Shown here: positions 49,551 to 59,873 of the stretch, piece after piece | Position numbering within the stretch: the stretch's first letter is position 1 | Layout of the letters: the number at the start of each line of letters is the position of its first letter | Source: an uncultured bacterium | GTDB taxonomy: Bacteria > Hydrothermota > Tepidihabitantia > SM23-42 | Length of the DNA stretch: 64,000 nucleotides | Assembly (NCBI GenBank): GCA_965603515.1 | Contig: CBFDDH010000001.1 | Span: forward strand, 80,568-144,567 | Reading direction: 5' to 3' | The notes under the pieces: model-generated | Databases searched by the model: none | Told to the model about the DNA's origin: nothing | The model's input: the letters and a program-made list of their open reading frames with translations, nothing else | Made by a program: the position numbers and the translations under genes

Positions 49551-49572
49551 AGCGTAGCGATCCTGCAATTAT

Positions 49573-51120
49573 TCACAACGGTATATTCCCGTGTTTTCTC
49601 GGTGGATTAGTATCGCGTTTGTTTTCAATAAATTCCAGAGCTTCAATGATCCTGGGTCTTGTCGTTGAAGGTTTGATTACTGCATCAATGTATCCTTTGC
49701 TCGCAGTCACGAAAGGATTGGCGAGTTTCTCAGTATATTCATCGATCAATCGTTTTTCCAAAACCTTGGGGTCCTTAGCCTCTTTGATTTCTTTACGATA
49801 AAGTATCTTCACCGCACCGCTAGGACCCATCACTGCTATCTCTGCGCTGGGCCATGCAAGATTGACATCTGCCCGCGTGTGTTTCGAACTCATTACACAA
49901 TAAGCACCACCATATGCCTTGCGTGTGATCACAGTTATTCGCGGTACGGTCGCCTCACAAAAAGCATAAAGGAGTTTCGCGCCATTCTTGATGACACCAC
50001 CCCACTCCTGGGCAGTCCCGGGCAAAAATCCTGGAACATCAACAAACGTAACAATTGGAATATTAAAACAATCACAAAACCGTACGAAGCGTGCACCCTT
50101 CATGGCTGACTCAATATCCAGAACGCCAGCCAGCACGGCTGGTTGATTGGCCACAACACCAACCGCCCGACCATTGAAGCGTGCAAAACCAATAATAAGG
50201 TTCTTGGCAAAGTGCTTGTGGACTTCCAGAAAATCACCGTTGTCAACGATCAGTTTTAGCACAGCATGCATATCATAAGGCATATTAGTACTATCCGGGA
50301 TTATTGCATCCAACTTTCCATCCATCCGATTGATATCATCAGTCGTTTCGATCTTAACTGGATCTTCGAGATTATTCTGGGGTATGAACGACAACATATT
50401 CTTGATAAGATCCATGCATTCAATCTCTGATTCGACAGCAAAATGAGCAACGCCAGATTTCTCATTATGGACCATCGCACCACCCAACTCTTCAAAAGTA
50501 ACGTCTTCATGGGTTGCTGCTTTAACAACATCAGGACCAGTCAAGAACATAAATGAGCCCTGGACCATAATAACAAAATCAGTCATTGCCGGAGAATAAA
50601 CTGCTCCCCCGGCGCACGGACCCATAACCGCTGATATCTGAGGCACAACTCCCGCGGAAAGGACATTCCTCAGGAAAACGTCAGTGTAACCAGCAAGGCT
50701 ATCAACCCCCTCCTGGATCCTAGCCCCACCTGAATCTTTAAGACCGATTACTGGACATCCCATCTTGAGTGCCAAATCCTGCAGCTTGCAGACTTTCTCA
50801 GCATATGCTTTGGATAGAGAACCACCGAATACTGTAAAATCCTCAGCGAAAATGCATACGGGTCGCCCGTTTATCCTACCGTAGCCAGTGACCACACCAT
50901 CGCCCAATATTTTGTTCTTATCCATGTCAAAGTCACTGCATCGATGGGTGACAAACCGATCGGTCTCACGAAATGAACCTTTATCCATCAGCAGATCAAT
51001 TCGTTCGCGCGCGGTCAACCTGCCTTTATCATGCTGTGCTTTTATTCTTTTCTCACCACCGCCAAGCTGTGCTTGCTCGTTCAGTTCTTCAAGCCGCTTT
51101 AGTTTATCCTCCATCTTCAT
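49573..51120 (-). CDS. acyl-CoA carboxylase carboxyltransferase (propionyl-CoA carboxylase beta / methylmalonyl-CoA decarboxylase alpha type)
   Basis: 515 aa; two CT domains, conserved MGGSLS-like (FGGSLS) and AYGGAY motifs. Confidence 0.85.
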   Translation of the reverse strand: MKMEDKLKRLEELNEQAQLGGGEKRIKAQHDKGRLTARERIDLLMDKGSFRETDRFVTHRCSDFDMDKNKILGDGVVTGYGRINGRPVCIFAEDFTVFGGSLSKAYAEKVCKLQDLALKMGCPVIGLKDSGGARIQEGVDSLAGYTDVFLRNVLSAGVVPQISAVMGPCAGGAVYSPAMTDFVIMVQGSFMFLTGPDVVKAATHEDVTFEELGGAMVHNEKSGVAHFAVESEIECMDLIKNMLSFIPQNNLEDPVKIETTDDINRMDGKLDAIIPDSTNMPYDMHAVLKLIVDNGDFLEVHKHFAKNLIIGFARFNGRAVGVVANQPAVLAGVLDIESAMKGARFVRFCDCFNIPIVTFVDVPGFLPGTAQEWGGVIKNGAKLLYAFCEATVPRITVITRKAYGGAYCVMSSKHTRADVNLAWPSAEIAVMGPSGAVKILYRKEIKEAKDPKVLEKRLIDEYTEKLANPFVTASKGYIDAVIKPSTTRPRIIEALEFIENKRDTNPPRKHGNIPL

Positions 51121-51208
51121 ACGCTTACCCCCTGCATACCTTAAACGTTAAACCACAAATCCCAAGCACCAAATTACAAACAATACCTAAATTACGAACA
51201 TACTAAAC
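51121..51208. repeat. family 2 AT-rich element
   Basis: caaatcccaagcaccaaattacaaacaatacctaaattacg ... catttggaatttttg. Confidence 0.4.
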
Positions 51209-52072
51209 TCATTTGGAATTTTTGTTATGTACTGGTTTCAACACTTGATTCCCATTCTTTTCAACTATGTAGGCAAATGGAGTGTCAGGATCGTGTTCAA
51301 ATATCAATAACCAGTGTTCGTTTAGTGCCGTTTGCAAAATATCTTTTTTCTTCTTGATAATGTCGAGTGGGTACAGATCATAACCCATTACATAAGGAAT
51401 CTTAATGTGTGATGTTGTAGGTATAAGATCACCAAAATATATTGCCTTGCTGCCATCCGATTCAATCAAGACCGACTGATGCCCCTGCGTGTGACCATTG
51501 GTGACGATCACCTTGATTCCCTTACTTACTTCTTGTTCGCCATCAACCAATAAGAGCTGAGAATTTTCCTCTAAGGGAACAAAATTCTCTTTTAAGTAAC
51601 TTGCCTTGGTCCTTTCATTAACATGTGTTGCATCATACCATTCTTGTGTTTGAATGATGTACTGAGCATTAGGAAAAGTCGGTACTGACTTACCCTCCTT
51701 TTTTACAGTATTGCCACCACAATGATCGAAATGGAGGTGGGTGTTTATCACTTTATCGATATCCCCAGGTTCAATACCTCGTCTATGCAAGACTTCAATA
51801 AGATTGAAATCCCGCTCCACACGGTAGATATCTTTGAACCTCTCCTTGAGCTTCTCACCGATACCCGTATCGACGAGAATCTTGTTGTCAGGCGTTTGAA
51901 TCAATAAGCAATTCAAACCGAGTTCAATTCTATTCAGGTCGTCAGCCGGATTGAGTTTGTCCCACATAACCTTAGGAACAACACCAAACATCGCACCGCC
52001 ATCAAGCCAGAATTTACCATCTGATACGATCGACAGTTCAAATTGTCCCAGTTTTACTGATCTCGAATTCAT
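51209..52072 (-). CDS. MBL-fold metallo-hydrolase
   Basis: 287 aa; HLHFDHCGG metal-binding motif. Confidence 0.7.
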   Translation of the reverse strand: MNSRSVKLGQFELSIVSDGKFWLDGGAMFGVVPKVMWDKLNPADDLNRIELGLNCLLIQTPDNKILVDTGIGEKLKERFKDIYRVERDFNLIEVLHRRGIEPGDIDKVINTHLHFDHCGGNTVKKEGKSVPTFPNAQYIIQTQEWYDATHVNERTKASYLKENFVPLEENSQLLLVDGEQEVSKGIKVIVTNGHTQGHQSVLIESDGSKAIYFGDLIPTTSHIKIPYVMGYDLYPLDIIKKKKDILQTALNEHWLLIFEHDPDTPFAYIVEKNGNQVLKPVHNKNSK

Positions 52073-52122
52073 AGAAAATCCTGTTTAAAGCCTCTCTCTT
52101 GTTTTTCGTAACTTTCCAACTT

Positions 52123-52575
52123 CTATTTTTTCCTAGCACTTCCCGTTTTTTTTGATTTGCGCGGTTTTGTTTTCCTGATCTTGGCTTTTACATTATCTGT
52201 AATCCACTGAATGATCTCGGTCGTTGGTGTACCTGGACCAAATAATTTCTTCACACCTTTTTTCTCGAGTTTCTTCATGTCTTCGCGAGGGATTATCCCA
52301 CCGCCGATAACGATAATAGCCTTTGCCTGTTTCTTCTCAAGCAAAGACAGCACTTTGGGAAAGATCGTCATATGAGCACCAGACAATATGGATAAACCGA
52401 TTATGTGAACATCTTCTTGTATGGCAGCTTCGACTATACTCTCGCAAGTCTGGTGAAGACCCGTATAGATAACTTCCATGCCTGCGTCGCGCAAGGCAGC
52501 AGCAACGACCTTAGCACCGCGGTCATGTCCATCAAGACCAGGTTTCCCAACCAGAACCCGAATTCTTCTTGTCAT
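52123..52575 (-). CDS. cobalamin-binding domain protein (methylmalonyl-CoA mutase small/B12 subunit)
   Basis: 150 aa; DxHxxG B12-binding motif (GLDGHDRG), Rossmann-like fold, basic C-terminal tail. Confidence 0.8.
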   Translation of the reverse strand: MTRRIRVLVGKPGLDGHDRGAKVVAAALRDAGMEVIYTGLHQTCESIVEAAIQEDVHIIGLSILSGAHMTIFPKVLSLLEKKQAKAIIVIGGGIIPREDMKKLEKKGVKKLFGPGTPTTEIIQWITDNVKAKIRKTKPRKSKKTGSARKK

Positions 52576-52597
52576 AAATCATCCTCCTTCATCAAAA

Positions 52598-52697
52598 TGG
52601 TCATTGGGTTAGGGTTTAGCCCGCCCCGCTTCGCGGCACGAGGTCGGGGAAACGAGAAAAAAATCCAGCATCCAAACCTAAACCAATCTTCCATCTA
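52598..52697. repeat. family 1 element copy F with GC-rich 36-bp internal insert
   Basis: tggtcattgggttagggtttag then cccgccccgcttcgcggcacgaggtcggggaaacg then aaaaaaatccagcatccaaacctaaaccaatcttccatcta. Confidence 0.7.
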
Positions 52698-54329
52698 TTA
52701 GAATATGATCGGTTCATGGTATTCACCGAATTCTTCTTTCAATGTACCACACATTTCACCAAGCGTGGTATAAGCGCGTACGCAATCCAGAATCTTAGGC
52801 ATCAGGTTAGACCCATCAGCTGCGGCTTTGTGTAATCTCCCGAGTGTTTCTTTCACTTTCTTATTATTGCGTTCTCGTTTGATGCCTTTAAGTGCCTTCA
52901 CCTGATCACGTTCAACTTGTTTTGGAATTCTCAGAAGCTCCATTTCTGCCTTGCCCTCTTCTTCGAGTATGTTCACTCCCACATGATATTTCTCTTTCTT
53001 CTCCAAACTCTTCTGGTATTGATATGCACTTCTCGATATTTCGCGTTGAAAAAATCCCTTATCAATCGCTTTAACCACACCACCCATTTTATCTATCGCA
53101 GCAAAGTACTTGTAAGCTCCTTGCTCAAGTTCATTAGTCAAAGTCTCAACGTAATATGAACCACCGATTGGGTCAATAGTATTGGCAACACCCGTTTCAT
53201 AAGCTATCAATTGCTGGGTGCGCAAAGCGATCTTGACCGCGTTTTCAGTTGGCAGGGCATAGGTTTCATCCATAGAGTTGGTGTGGAGTGATTGGGTTCC
53301 TCCGAGTACTGCCGCGAGTGCCTGGAAAGCAGTACGCATGATATTATTCTGTGGTTGTTGAGCAGTCAACGTGCAACCAGCGGTCTGGGTGTGAAACCTC
53401 ATCAAATATGAACGGGGGCTTTGAGCATTATACTTATCCTGCATAAGGCGTGCCCAAATCCGCCGCGCTGCGCGGTATTTAGCGATCTCCTCAAAGAAAT
53501 CAAGGTGTGAGTTGAAGAAAAAAGAGAGCCTTGGGGAAAACTTGTCGACTGATAGACCTGCTTTTATACCGTACTCAACATAAGTTAAACCGTTCTTCAG
53601 GGTAAAAGCAAGCTCCTGCAGCGCAGTAGAACCAGCTTCTCTTATGTGATAACCAGATATCGAAATTGTATTCCATCTAGGGACATGCTCGGTACAATAT
53701 GCCATAATGTCGGTAATTATACGCATCGATGGTTCTGGAGGGTATATCCACGTCTTTTGAGCTTGGTATTCTTTCAGCATATCATTTTGAATAGTTCCGG
53801 TTAGAAACTTCATCGGCACACCCTGTTTTTCACCGACCACGATGTACATGGCCAGAAGCATTGCGGCAGGCGGGTTAATCGTCATTGAAGTCGATATCTG
53901 GTCGAGTGGTATGCCATGAAATAATATCTCCATGTCTCTAAGCGTATCAATCGCAACCCCACACTTACCCACTTCTCCTCGTGCAAGTAAGTCATCAGAA
54001 TCACGACCGTACAAAGTGGGAAAATCAAAAGCAACAGAGAGCCCAGTCTGTCCATGGTTCAGAAGGTACTTGTAGCGCTTATTTGTGTCCTTTGGTGTAC
54101 CAAAGCCCGAGAATTGACGCATTGTCCAGAGCCGACCCCGATACATGTTCGTGTAGACCCCGCGCACATATGGAAATTCACCCGGGTAACCCAGATCTCG
54201 GTCATAATCAAAATCTCTAATGCTATCTGGTGTATACAACGTTTTCGTCACTCTCCCAGAGGCTGTCGTGAATTTCCCATCTCGCTCCTTGCAGGTCTTA
54301 AGCTTCTTGTCCCAAATATCTTTCTTCAT
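52698..54329 (-). CDS. methylmalonyl-CoA mutase family catalytic subunit, copy 2
   Basis: 543 aa; [34 protein letters not shown] motifs; paralog of 45426-46976 product. Confidence 0.85.
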   Translation of the reverse strand: MKKDIWDKKLKTCKERDGKFTTASGRVTKTLYTPDSIRDFDYDRDLGYPGEFPYVRGVYTNMYRGRLWTMRQFSGFGTPKDTNKRYKYLLNHGQTGLSVAFDFPTLYGRDSDDLLARGEVGKCGVAIDTLRDMEILFHGIPLDQISTSMTINPPAAMLLAMYIVVGEKQGVPMKFLTGTIQNDMLKEYQAQKTWIYPPEPSMRIITDIMAYCTEHVPRWNTISISGYHIREAGSTALQELAFTLKNGLTYVEYGIKAGLSVDKFSPRLSFFFNSHLDFFEEIAKYRAARRIWARLMQDKYNAQSPRSYLMRFHTQTAGCTLTAQQPQNNIMRTAFQALAAVLGGTQSLHTNSMDETYALPTENAVKIALRTQQLIAYETGVANTIDPIGGSYYVETLTNELEQGAYKYFAAIDKMGGVVKAIDKGFFQREISRSAYQYQKSLEKKEKYHVGVNILEEEGKAEMELLRIPKQVERDQVKALKGIKRERNNKKVKETLGRLHKAAADGSNLMPKILDCVRAYTTLGEMCGTLKEEFGEYHEPIIF

Positions 54330-54339
54330 ATACGCCCCT

Positions 54340-55281
54340 CTAGTTCCTTGTCTTGATCATTTTCCTGGCTATCTTATTTGCAATGTCATAGGGGTTAAGC
54401 TTCCGTTCGTAGACCTTATCAATGATCCTCACCAGTTCCTCTTTTCGAATGATTTTTTCTCTTAGATGCAATGATATTTTGTCTCCAACCAGGTCATTGA
54501 TGCGCCTCACGAGTTTCGCCTTCCGCTCCTTTTCAAGACGGCCGCTCTTATTGAGATATTTCTGATGATTTTGTATTTCGAGAACAAGTGCATCAATACC
54601 GACATCCCTGGTCGCTGTTGTTTTGAGAATTGGAAAATCCCAACCTGCTTTCTGTTCACGCAATTCAAATGCGAATTTCAATTCCATAAGTAATCGGTCA
54701 ACCCCATCACGATCGCCTTTATTGACAACAATGATATCAGCAATTTCCAATAACCCGGCTTTCATTGCCTGGACACTGTCGCCTGATTCAGGTACCAGAA
54801 TAACGACCGTAGTATCACAGACTTCAGCTATATCTAACTCAACCTGCCCCACACCAATAGTCTCAATGAGGATATAATCCATTCCAGCAGCATCAAGCAC
54901 CAAAGCAGCGTCAATTGTTTTGCGCGCCAAACCGCCAAGACTGCCGCGCGATGCCATGCTTCTTATGAAAACATTCTTGTTAAGTGCCAAATCAGTCATT
55001 CTAATACGGTCACCAAGTAATGCACCACCAGAAAATGGCGATGTAGGATCGACCGCAATGATACCGATTTTCTTCTTTTTCAACAATAATCTTTTGGCCA
55101 CGGCATTAACTAATGTCGATTTACCTGCCCCAGGTGGTCCGGTAATGCCAACATGGTATGCCCTGCCGGTGTGTGAAAATATTCTTCCCAACAATTTTGC
55201 GTCACCGCCATTTTCAACTGCGCTAATTATTCGGGCAATCGTACGTTTATCGCCTTTCATGAGTTTATTTAAATAATTCAT
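54340..55281 (-). CDS. meaB: methylmalonyl-CoA mutase-associated GTPase MeaB/ArgK
   Basis: 313 aa; P-loop GPPGAGKST, G-domain motifs, adjacent to mutase. Confidence 0.85.
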   Translation of the reverse strand: MNYLNKLMKGDKRTIARIISAVENGGDAKLLGRIFSHTGRAYHVGITGPPGAGKSTLVNAVAKRLLLKKKKIGIIAVDPTSPFSGGALLGDRIRMTDLALNKNVFIRSMASRGSLGGLARKTIDAALVLDAAGMDYILIETIGVGQVELDIAEVCDTTVVILVPESGDSVQAMKAGLLEIADIIVVNKGDRDGVDRLLMELKFAFELREQKAGWDFPILKTTATRDVGIDALVLEIQNHQKYLNKSGRLEKERKAKLVRRINDLVGDKISLHLREKIIRKEELVRIIDKVYERKLNPYDIANKIARKMIKTRN

Positions 55282-55351
55282 CTTCAGGTAACCACGGGGT
55301 CAAATCTGGAAACTTGAAAATTGAGTAATATCTCAAAACTTAAAGGATACA

Positions 55352-55834
55352 TTATTCACTTCCAACTTCACCCAATAGTGTAGTATGAAGAGATTCCATT
55401 CCTTTTCTTTTATAGAATTCAATTGCTCCAATATTATTGACTGATGTATAAACTGTATAGTTTCTTACTGATTTTTCACTAAAATAGTTTATAGCATTAT
55501 CAAGAAGTTTAATACCAATACCTCTTCTTCTGTAATTTTTATTAACCATAAATCCTGAAATATGCCCAATTTTTTTAACTGCCCAATAGTCAGGTTGGTT
55601 TTGAATTAACACTGAAATGTAACCAATAATCATATTATTATCTACAGCTATAAATGCTTTGCGATTCTCATTGTCAATAAAATTTATAAAGTAATTGATT
55701 ATATCTTTTCTATTTATCCGATCAGTCTTAAAAAAATAACTATGATTAGCTTCATATTCTGAAAAAAACTCTTTAGATAGAGGAATCAAATCATTTAAGT
55801 TATCAGCATTTTTTAAGGCACGTATTTCTATCAT
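55352..55834 (-). CDS. GNAT family N-acetyltransferase (low-GC islet)
   Basis: 160 aa; RRRGIG acetyl-CoA binding motif; local GC visibly lower than flanks. Confidence 0.6.
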   Translation of the reverse strand: MIEIRALKNADNLNDLIPLSKEFFSEYEANHSYFFKTDRINRKDIINYFINFIDNENRKAFIAVDNNMIIGYISVLIQNQPDYWAVKKIGHISGFMVNKNYRRRGIGIKLLDNAINYFSEKSVRNYTVYTSVNNIGAIEFYKRKGMESLHTTLLGEVGSE

Positions 55835-55915
55835 ACTTATACCTATTTATAATTTTTAAGAAGATTCAACACGAAAATATCGTCTAACTCGGTTATATCC
55901 GTTGAGTCCCTGGGG

Positions 55916-56482
55916 TTAAATAACTTCTGCTTCTTTCTGTATTCTCTGTAACATTGACTCAACGCCAAGTTCCTTAGCCCATTTTTGAAGATAGTCCATG
56001 TTGAGTTTTCCAAATTGCACTTCATAGACCCGTAATGCATCAGTAAATTGTTTTTCACTACCACCAGATAGCTTTGCCCACTTCAACTTAGCTAGAATCG
56101 TATCCTCAGGGCTTGAAACCCTAATATGCATTCCCATTATTTCCTCGACGTATTTACGCGCAAACCGCGATCGGTCAAATGCTTCATCCGTAAGCATCCA
56201 GAAATCAACCTTATCTCCTGTGTTCACAGCAATAAGATTGAACATACCGTTGTTCTTGATTGCATCAATAATACTCTCATCATCCAAATGGTAATCAGCT
56301 GGAGGAAAAACCCGAACCAACTCCTTGACTGCTTTCAGCTGAAGGGCAACTACAAAATCGATATCATGGGTTGAACGTGGTTCCCCCTGCAAACTTGAAG
56401 CAAAAGAACCAGTTAGCATGTATTCAATTCCAACTCTGTCAAGTGCCCCTACAATTTTTTTTAGTAATTCCTGTTGTGACAT
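55916..56482 (-). CDS. minimal nucleotidyltransferase-fold protein (MNT-like)
   Basis: 188 aa; GS-x10-DID motif (TGSFASSLQGEPRSTHDIDFVV) of pol-beta superfamily NTases. Confidence 0.4.
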   Translation of the reverse strand: MSQQELLKKIVGALDRVGIEYMLTGSFASSLQGEPRSTHDIDFVVALQLKAVKELVRVFPPADYHLDDESIIDAIKNNGMFNLIAVNTGDKVDFWMLTDEAFDRSRFARKYVEEIMGMHIRVSSPEDTILAKLKWAKLSGGSEKQFTDALRVYEVQFGKLNMDYLQKWAKELGVESMLQRIQKEAEVI

Positions 56483-56682
56483 TTATCCAATCGCTTTAAA
56501 AATATCTCTTTGATAGTATCGTTCGACAAATCAGGAAATCTCTTGTGCAAGCCATGAAGAAATAGTCCCCGGCATAACTGAGACAATTCAAGGCATTTCA
56601 TCAATCTCTGTTCAGACGTCATACGACGAAGTACCTGAATGTATATTCTGTGATTTGGACGGTTTTTAATGTCTTTCTTCAT
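56461..56682 (-). CDS. small hypothetical protein upstream of and overlapping MNT-like gene
   Basis: 73-82 aa basic ORF; start placed at second Met just after glnS stop; C-terminal RLDKCH motif. Confidence 0.3.
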   Translation of the reverse strand: MKKDIKNRPNHRIYIQVLRRMTSEQRLMKCLELSQLCRGLFLHGLHKRFPDLSNDTIKEIFLKRLDKCHNRNY

Positions 56683-58364
56683 TTTAGCCTCTTCTCGATC
56701 TTTGCCCATGCATCACGCAATGAAACTGTTCGGTTGAATACAAGTAAGTTTTCAGAAGAATCTGGGTCAACGCAAAAATAGCCGAGTCGTTCAAATTGGT
56801 ATCTATTTCCTGGTGCGGCGTCTTTTAGACTCGGTTCAATTTGACAGGAAGTCAATACATCTAAGGACTCTGAATTTACATTAGATGTGAAATCTCTTCC
56901 TTCCTCCACTTCATTAGGATTTGCTTTGGTGAAAAGACGATCATACAACCGCACTTCGGCTTTAAGCGCATGATCAGCTGAAACCCAGTGGAGTGTTGCC
57001 TTTACTTTACGGCCATCAGGTGCATCACCACCACGTGTTTTTGGATCATACATGCAGTGTAGTTCGATCACTTTTCCTTTTTCGTCTTTAATCACATCAA
57101 CACACTTGATAAAATATGCATAACGCAACCGTACTTCACGACCTGGCACCAGACGAAAATATTTTTTATGCGGTTCTTCACGAAAATCTTCCTGTTCTAT
57201 GTACAACACCCGCGAGAAAGGCACCTCTCGAGTAGCCATACCCGCGTCTTCTGGGTTATTCACGCAATCCAATTCTTCTACTTTATCTCCCGGGTAATTG
57301 TCAATGACTACCCGAAGCGGATGCAGTACTGCCATTACACGCTGAGCACGTTTATTCAAATCCTCGCGCAGACAATGTTCGAGCAGTGCTATATCAATGA
57401 TACTATCAGTCTTTGCCACACCGACACGTTTCACAAAATTTCTTATTGATTCAGGTGTATATCCTCTCCTGCGTAAACCAGACAATGTGGGCATACGGGG
57501 ATCACCCCAGCCATCTACATAATTCTCCTGCACAAGTTTTCCCAGCTTGCGGGTGCTTGTTATCATGTAGCTCAAATTAAGACGAGCAAACTCGATTTGC
57601 TGTGGGCGATGAACACCTAACTTGTTCAGATACCATTCATATAAAGGTCGATGATCTTCGAATTCCAAAGAGCAGAGTGAATGAGTAATGCCTTCGATTG
57701 AATCAGATTGACCATGTGTAAAGTCGTATGTCGGATAGATGCACCACTTATCTCCTTGACGATGGTGTGATTTATGTAAAATACGATACATAACTGGATC
57801 GCGCATATTGATATTAGACGCAGCCATGTCGATTTTAGCACGGAGTACGCGAGAACCGTCGGGAAACTCACCTGTTTTCATGCGCTTGAATAAATCCAGG
57901 TTTTCCTCAACTGAGCGGTTCCGATACGAGCTCTCCTTACCAGGCTCAGTCAACGTACCCCTGGTTTCTCGGATTTCATCAGCGCTCAAATCACAAACAT
58001 AAGCCTTGCCTTTTCTTATAAGCTGCATAGCCCACTCGTAAAGCTGGTCAAAATAATCAGATGCATAGTATTCTCGGTCTGCCCAATCAAAACCAAGCCA
58101 ACGAATATCTTCTTTTATGGCGTCAATATATTCCTGCTTCTCCTTGATAGGATTCGAATCATCGAAGCGCAGATTGCAGACACCACGATAATCTTCGGCA
58201 ATACCGAAATTGATACACAGTGATTTAGCATGGCCAATGTGCAAATAACCGTTGGGCTCTGGTGGAAAGCGCGTGTGGATCGATTTGTATTTGCCAGTCC
58301 TTAGGTCATTATCTATGACTTCACGGATGAAATCGGTAGGTCTTGTTGGTTTATCTTCTGCCAT
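56679..58364 (-). CDS. glnS: glutamine--tRNA ligase
   Basis: Start at MAEDKPTRP (562 aa); class I HIGH motif [14 protein letters not shown], GlnRS catalytic and anticodon-binding beta-barrels; upstream ORF-track extension rejected. Confidence 0.85.
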   Translation of the reverse strand: MAEDKPTRPTDFIREVIDNDLRTGKYKSIHTRFPPEPNGYLHIGHAKSLCINFGIAEDYRGVCNLRFDDSNPIKEKQEYIDAIKEDIRWLGFDWADREYYASDYFDQLYEWAMQLIRKGKAYVCDLSADEIRETRGTLTEPGKESSYRNRSVEENLDLFKRMKTGEFPDGSRVLRAKIDMAASNINMRDPVMYRILHKSHHRQGDKWCIYPTYDFTHGQSDSIEGITHSLCSLEFEDHRPLYEWYLNKLGVHRPQQIEFARLNLSYMITSTRKLGKLVQENYVDGWGDPRMPTLSGLRRRGYTPESIRNFVKRVGVAKTDSIIDIALLEHCLREDLNKRAQRVMAVLHPLRVVIDNYPGDKVEELDCVNNPEDAGMATREVPFSRVLYIEQEDFREEPHKKYFRLVPGREVRLRYAYFIKCVDVIKDEKGKVIELHCMYDPKTRGGDAPDGRKVKATLHWVSADHALKAEVRLYDRLFTKANPNEVEEGRDFTSNVNSESLDVLTSCQIEPSLKDAAPGNRYQFERLGYFCVDPDSSENLLVFNRTVSLRDAWAKIEKRLK

Positions 58365-58371
58365 AATAACC

Positions 58372-59862
58372 TTATTTCTTAAATCTAAACCTTGCCTTAA
58401 AATGACGCAGGGACAATTCCCTTCCTGAAGTAACCTCAACCCCGGGTATTTTATCACGGCACTTGTGCAATATGCGCACCGCATCAGCAACCGCGTCAAG
58501 GTCGCGTTTCTCATACCTGAGCCTGGGTATTGCAAACCGGACAAAATTGACTTCAGGTGCGATCTCCTTTTGGGAACTCTGGTCGTATGAACCAAAAGCG
58601 AAATGACCGAGTTCACATGCCCGGTGCCCATATGCAGCCAAAAGCACTGCGCACAATGCAATCCCGCCAAAATCATCTGGTTTCATCGATGTACCGGCAT
58701 AAAATCTATTAACGTCGAGGTACACTGCATGACCGCCCGTAGGTAGAAGCACCGGTATACCGAGTTTGTCCATAGTCTCACCGAAATCGCGGATTTGTTC
58801 AATCCGGTAAGTTAAATACTCCTCGGTCGTGATGATTCTTAATCCAACTGTCAAAGCCATAATATCACGACCTGAAAGACCACCATAGGTCGGATGCCCC
58901 TCTTTTATGAGCTGGTAGTTCAACAAAATATCGGGGACCGACGGGAATTTACTAATGAATACACCTTTGTCTCTTAGGAACAACCCTCCACCCATATTGA
59001 CCAAACCATCTTTTTTGAAACTGATCGTGAAACCATCTGCATAAGCAAACATCTCCCGAACGATTTCCTGTATCGACTTTTTTTCGTACCCTGGTTCATA
59101 GTGCTTGATGAACCACGCATTCTCGGCAAAACGACAGGCATCAAAGAAAAACGGAGTATCGTATTGACCGCAAAGTTCAGCAACCTTTTTGATATTCTCA
59201 AGAGATACCGGCTGACCTGCAGCAGTATTATTCGTGATTGTCATATAAACTACAGGGATTTTATCATTTGAGTCACTGAGGAGCGTTTTCAACTTGACGA
59301 TATCCATATCCCCTTTGAAACGATCCGATGACTTCATATCTTTCAACTCGGGGCTGAAAAGATTCAATGCCTTAATATCATTTGCCTTAATATTGGCACC
59401 GGTCGTGTCAAAATGACCATTGCTCGGGATCATAAATCCAGAACCTTGCTTGCCTAGTACTGAAAACAATGCATCTTCACATGACCTGCCCTGGTGGAAA
59501 ATAAAAGCATTTGGTCTACCAATGATTGGATCATTAAAAAATGCTTCACCGAACGTATCTTTTATTTGTTCCATCAATAGATAGAAACCGCGATTCGAAC
59601 CATAGGCTTCATCACCGAGGTGCAAGGCAGCCCATTGTTCATTTGTCATCGTTGAAACCCCGGAATCAGATAAAAGATCACACCCAGTTATCATCTCTGA
59701 TGGAAAGTAGAAAACGTTCAAACCAACCTTCTCCAATGCCTCAGCGCGCTCCTTTGGAGAAAATATTTTCTTCATCTCAACTGAATGATTGAAATATGGT
59801 CGCGCCTGTAAATTCAAGTCTTTCTCTGTAGTGATATTCTCGATGATATGACCTAAGTCCAT
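58372..59862 (-). CDS. tryptophanase/tyrosine phenol-lyase family beta-eliminating lyase
   Basis: 496 aa; alignment-by-eye to E. coli TnaA ([11 protein letters not shown]..., GDEAYGS, PLP-lysine region [13 protein letters not shown]). Confidence 0.8.
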   Translation of the reverse strand: MDLGHIIENITTEKDLNLQARPYFNHSVEMKKIFSPKERAEALEKVGLNVFYFPSEMITGCDLLSDSGVSTMTNEQWAALHLGDEAYGSNRGFYLLMEQIKDTFGEAFFNDPIIGRPNAFIFHQGRSCEDALFSVLGKQGSGFMIPSNGHFDTTGANIKANDIKALNLFSPELKDMKSSDRFKGDMDIVKLKTLLSDSNDKIPVVYMTITNNTAAGQPVSLENIKKVAELCGQYDTPFFFDACRFAENAWFIKHYEPGYEKKSIQEIVREMFAYADGFTISFKKDGLVNMGGGLFLRDKGVFISKFPSVPDILLNYQLIKEGHPTYGGLSGRDIMALTVGLRIITTEEYLTYRIEQIRDFGETMDKLGIPVLLPTGGHAVYLDVNRFYAGTSMKPDDFGGIALCAVLLAAYGHRACELGHFAFGSYDQSSQKEIAPEVNFVRFAIPRLRYEKRDLDAVADAVRILHKCRDKIPGVEVTSGRELSLRHFKARFRFKK

Positions 59863-59873
59863 TTCCGTAACCT

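Noticed and set aside
55843-56064. 73-aa ORF between GNAT and NTase genes
   Set aside because: It overlaps the 3' part of the NTase-fold gene in another frame and has no motif or SD.
56679-58676. 105-aa N-terminal extension of glnS given by the longest ORF
   Set aside because: The extension is Cys/Arg-rich with no similarity to GlnRS and overlaps the tryptophanase gene end. The conserved protein begins at MAEDKPTRP, which gives the canonical length.
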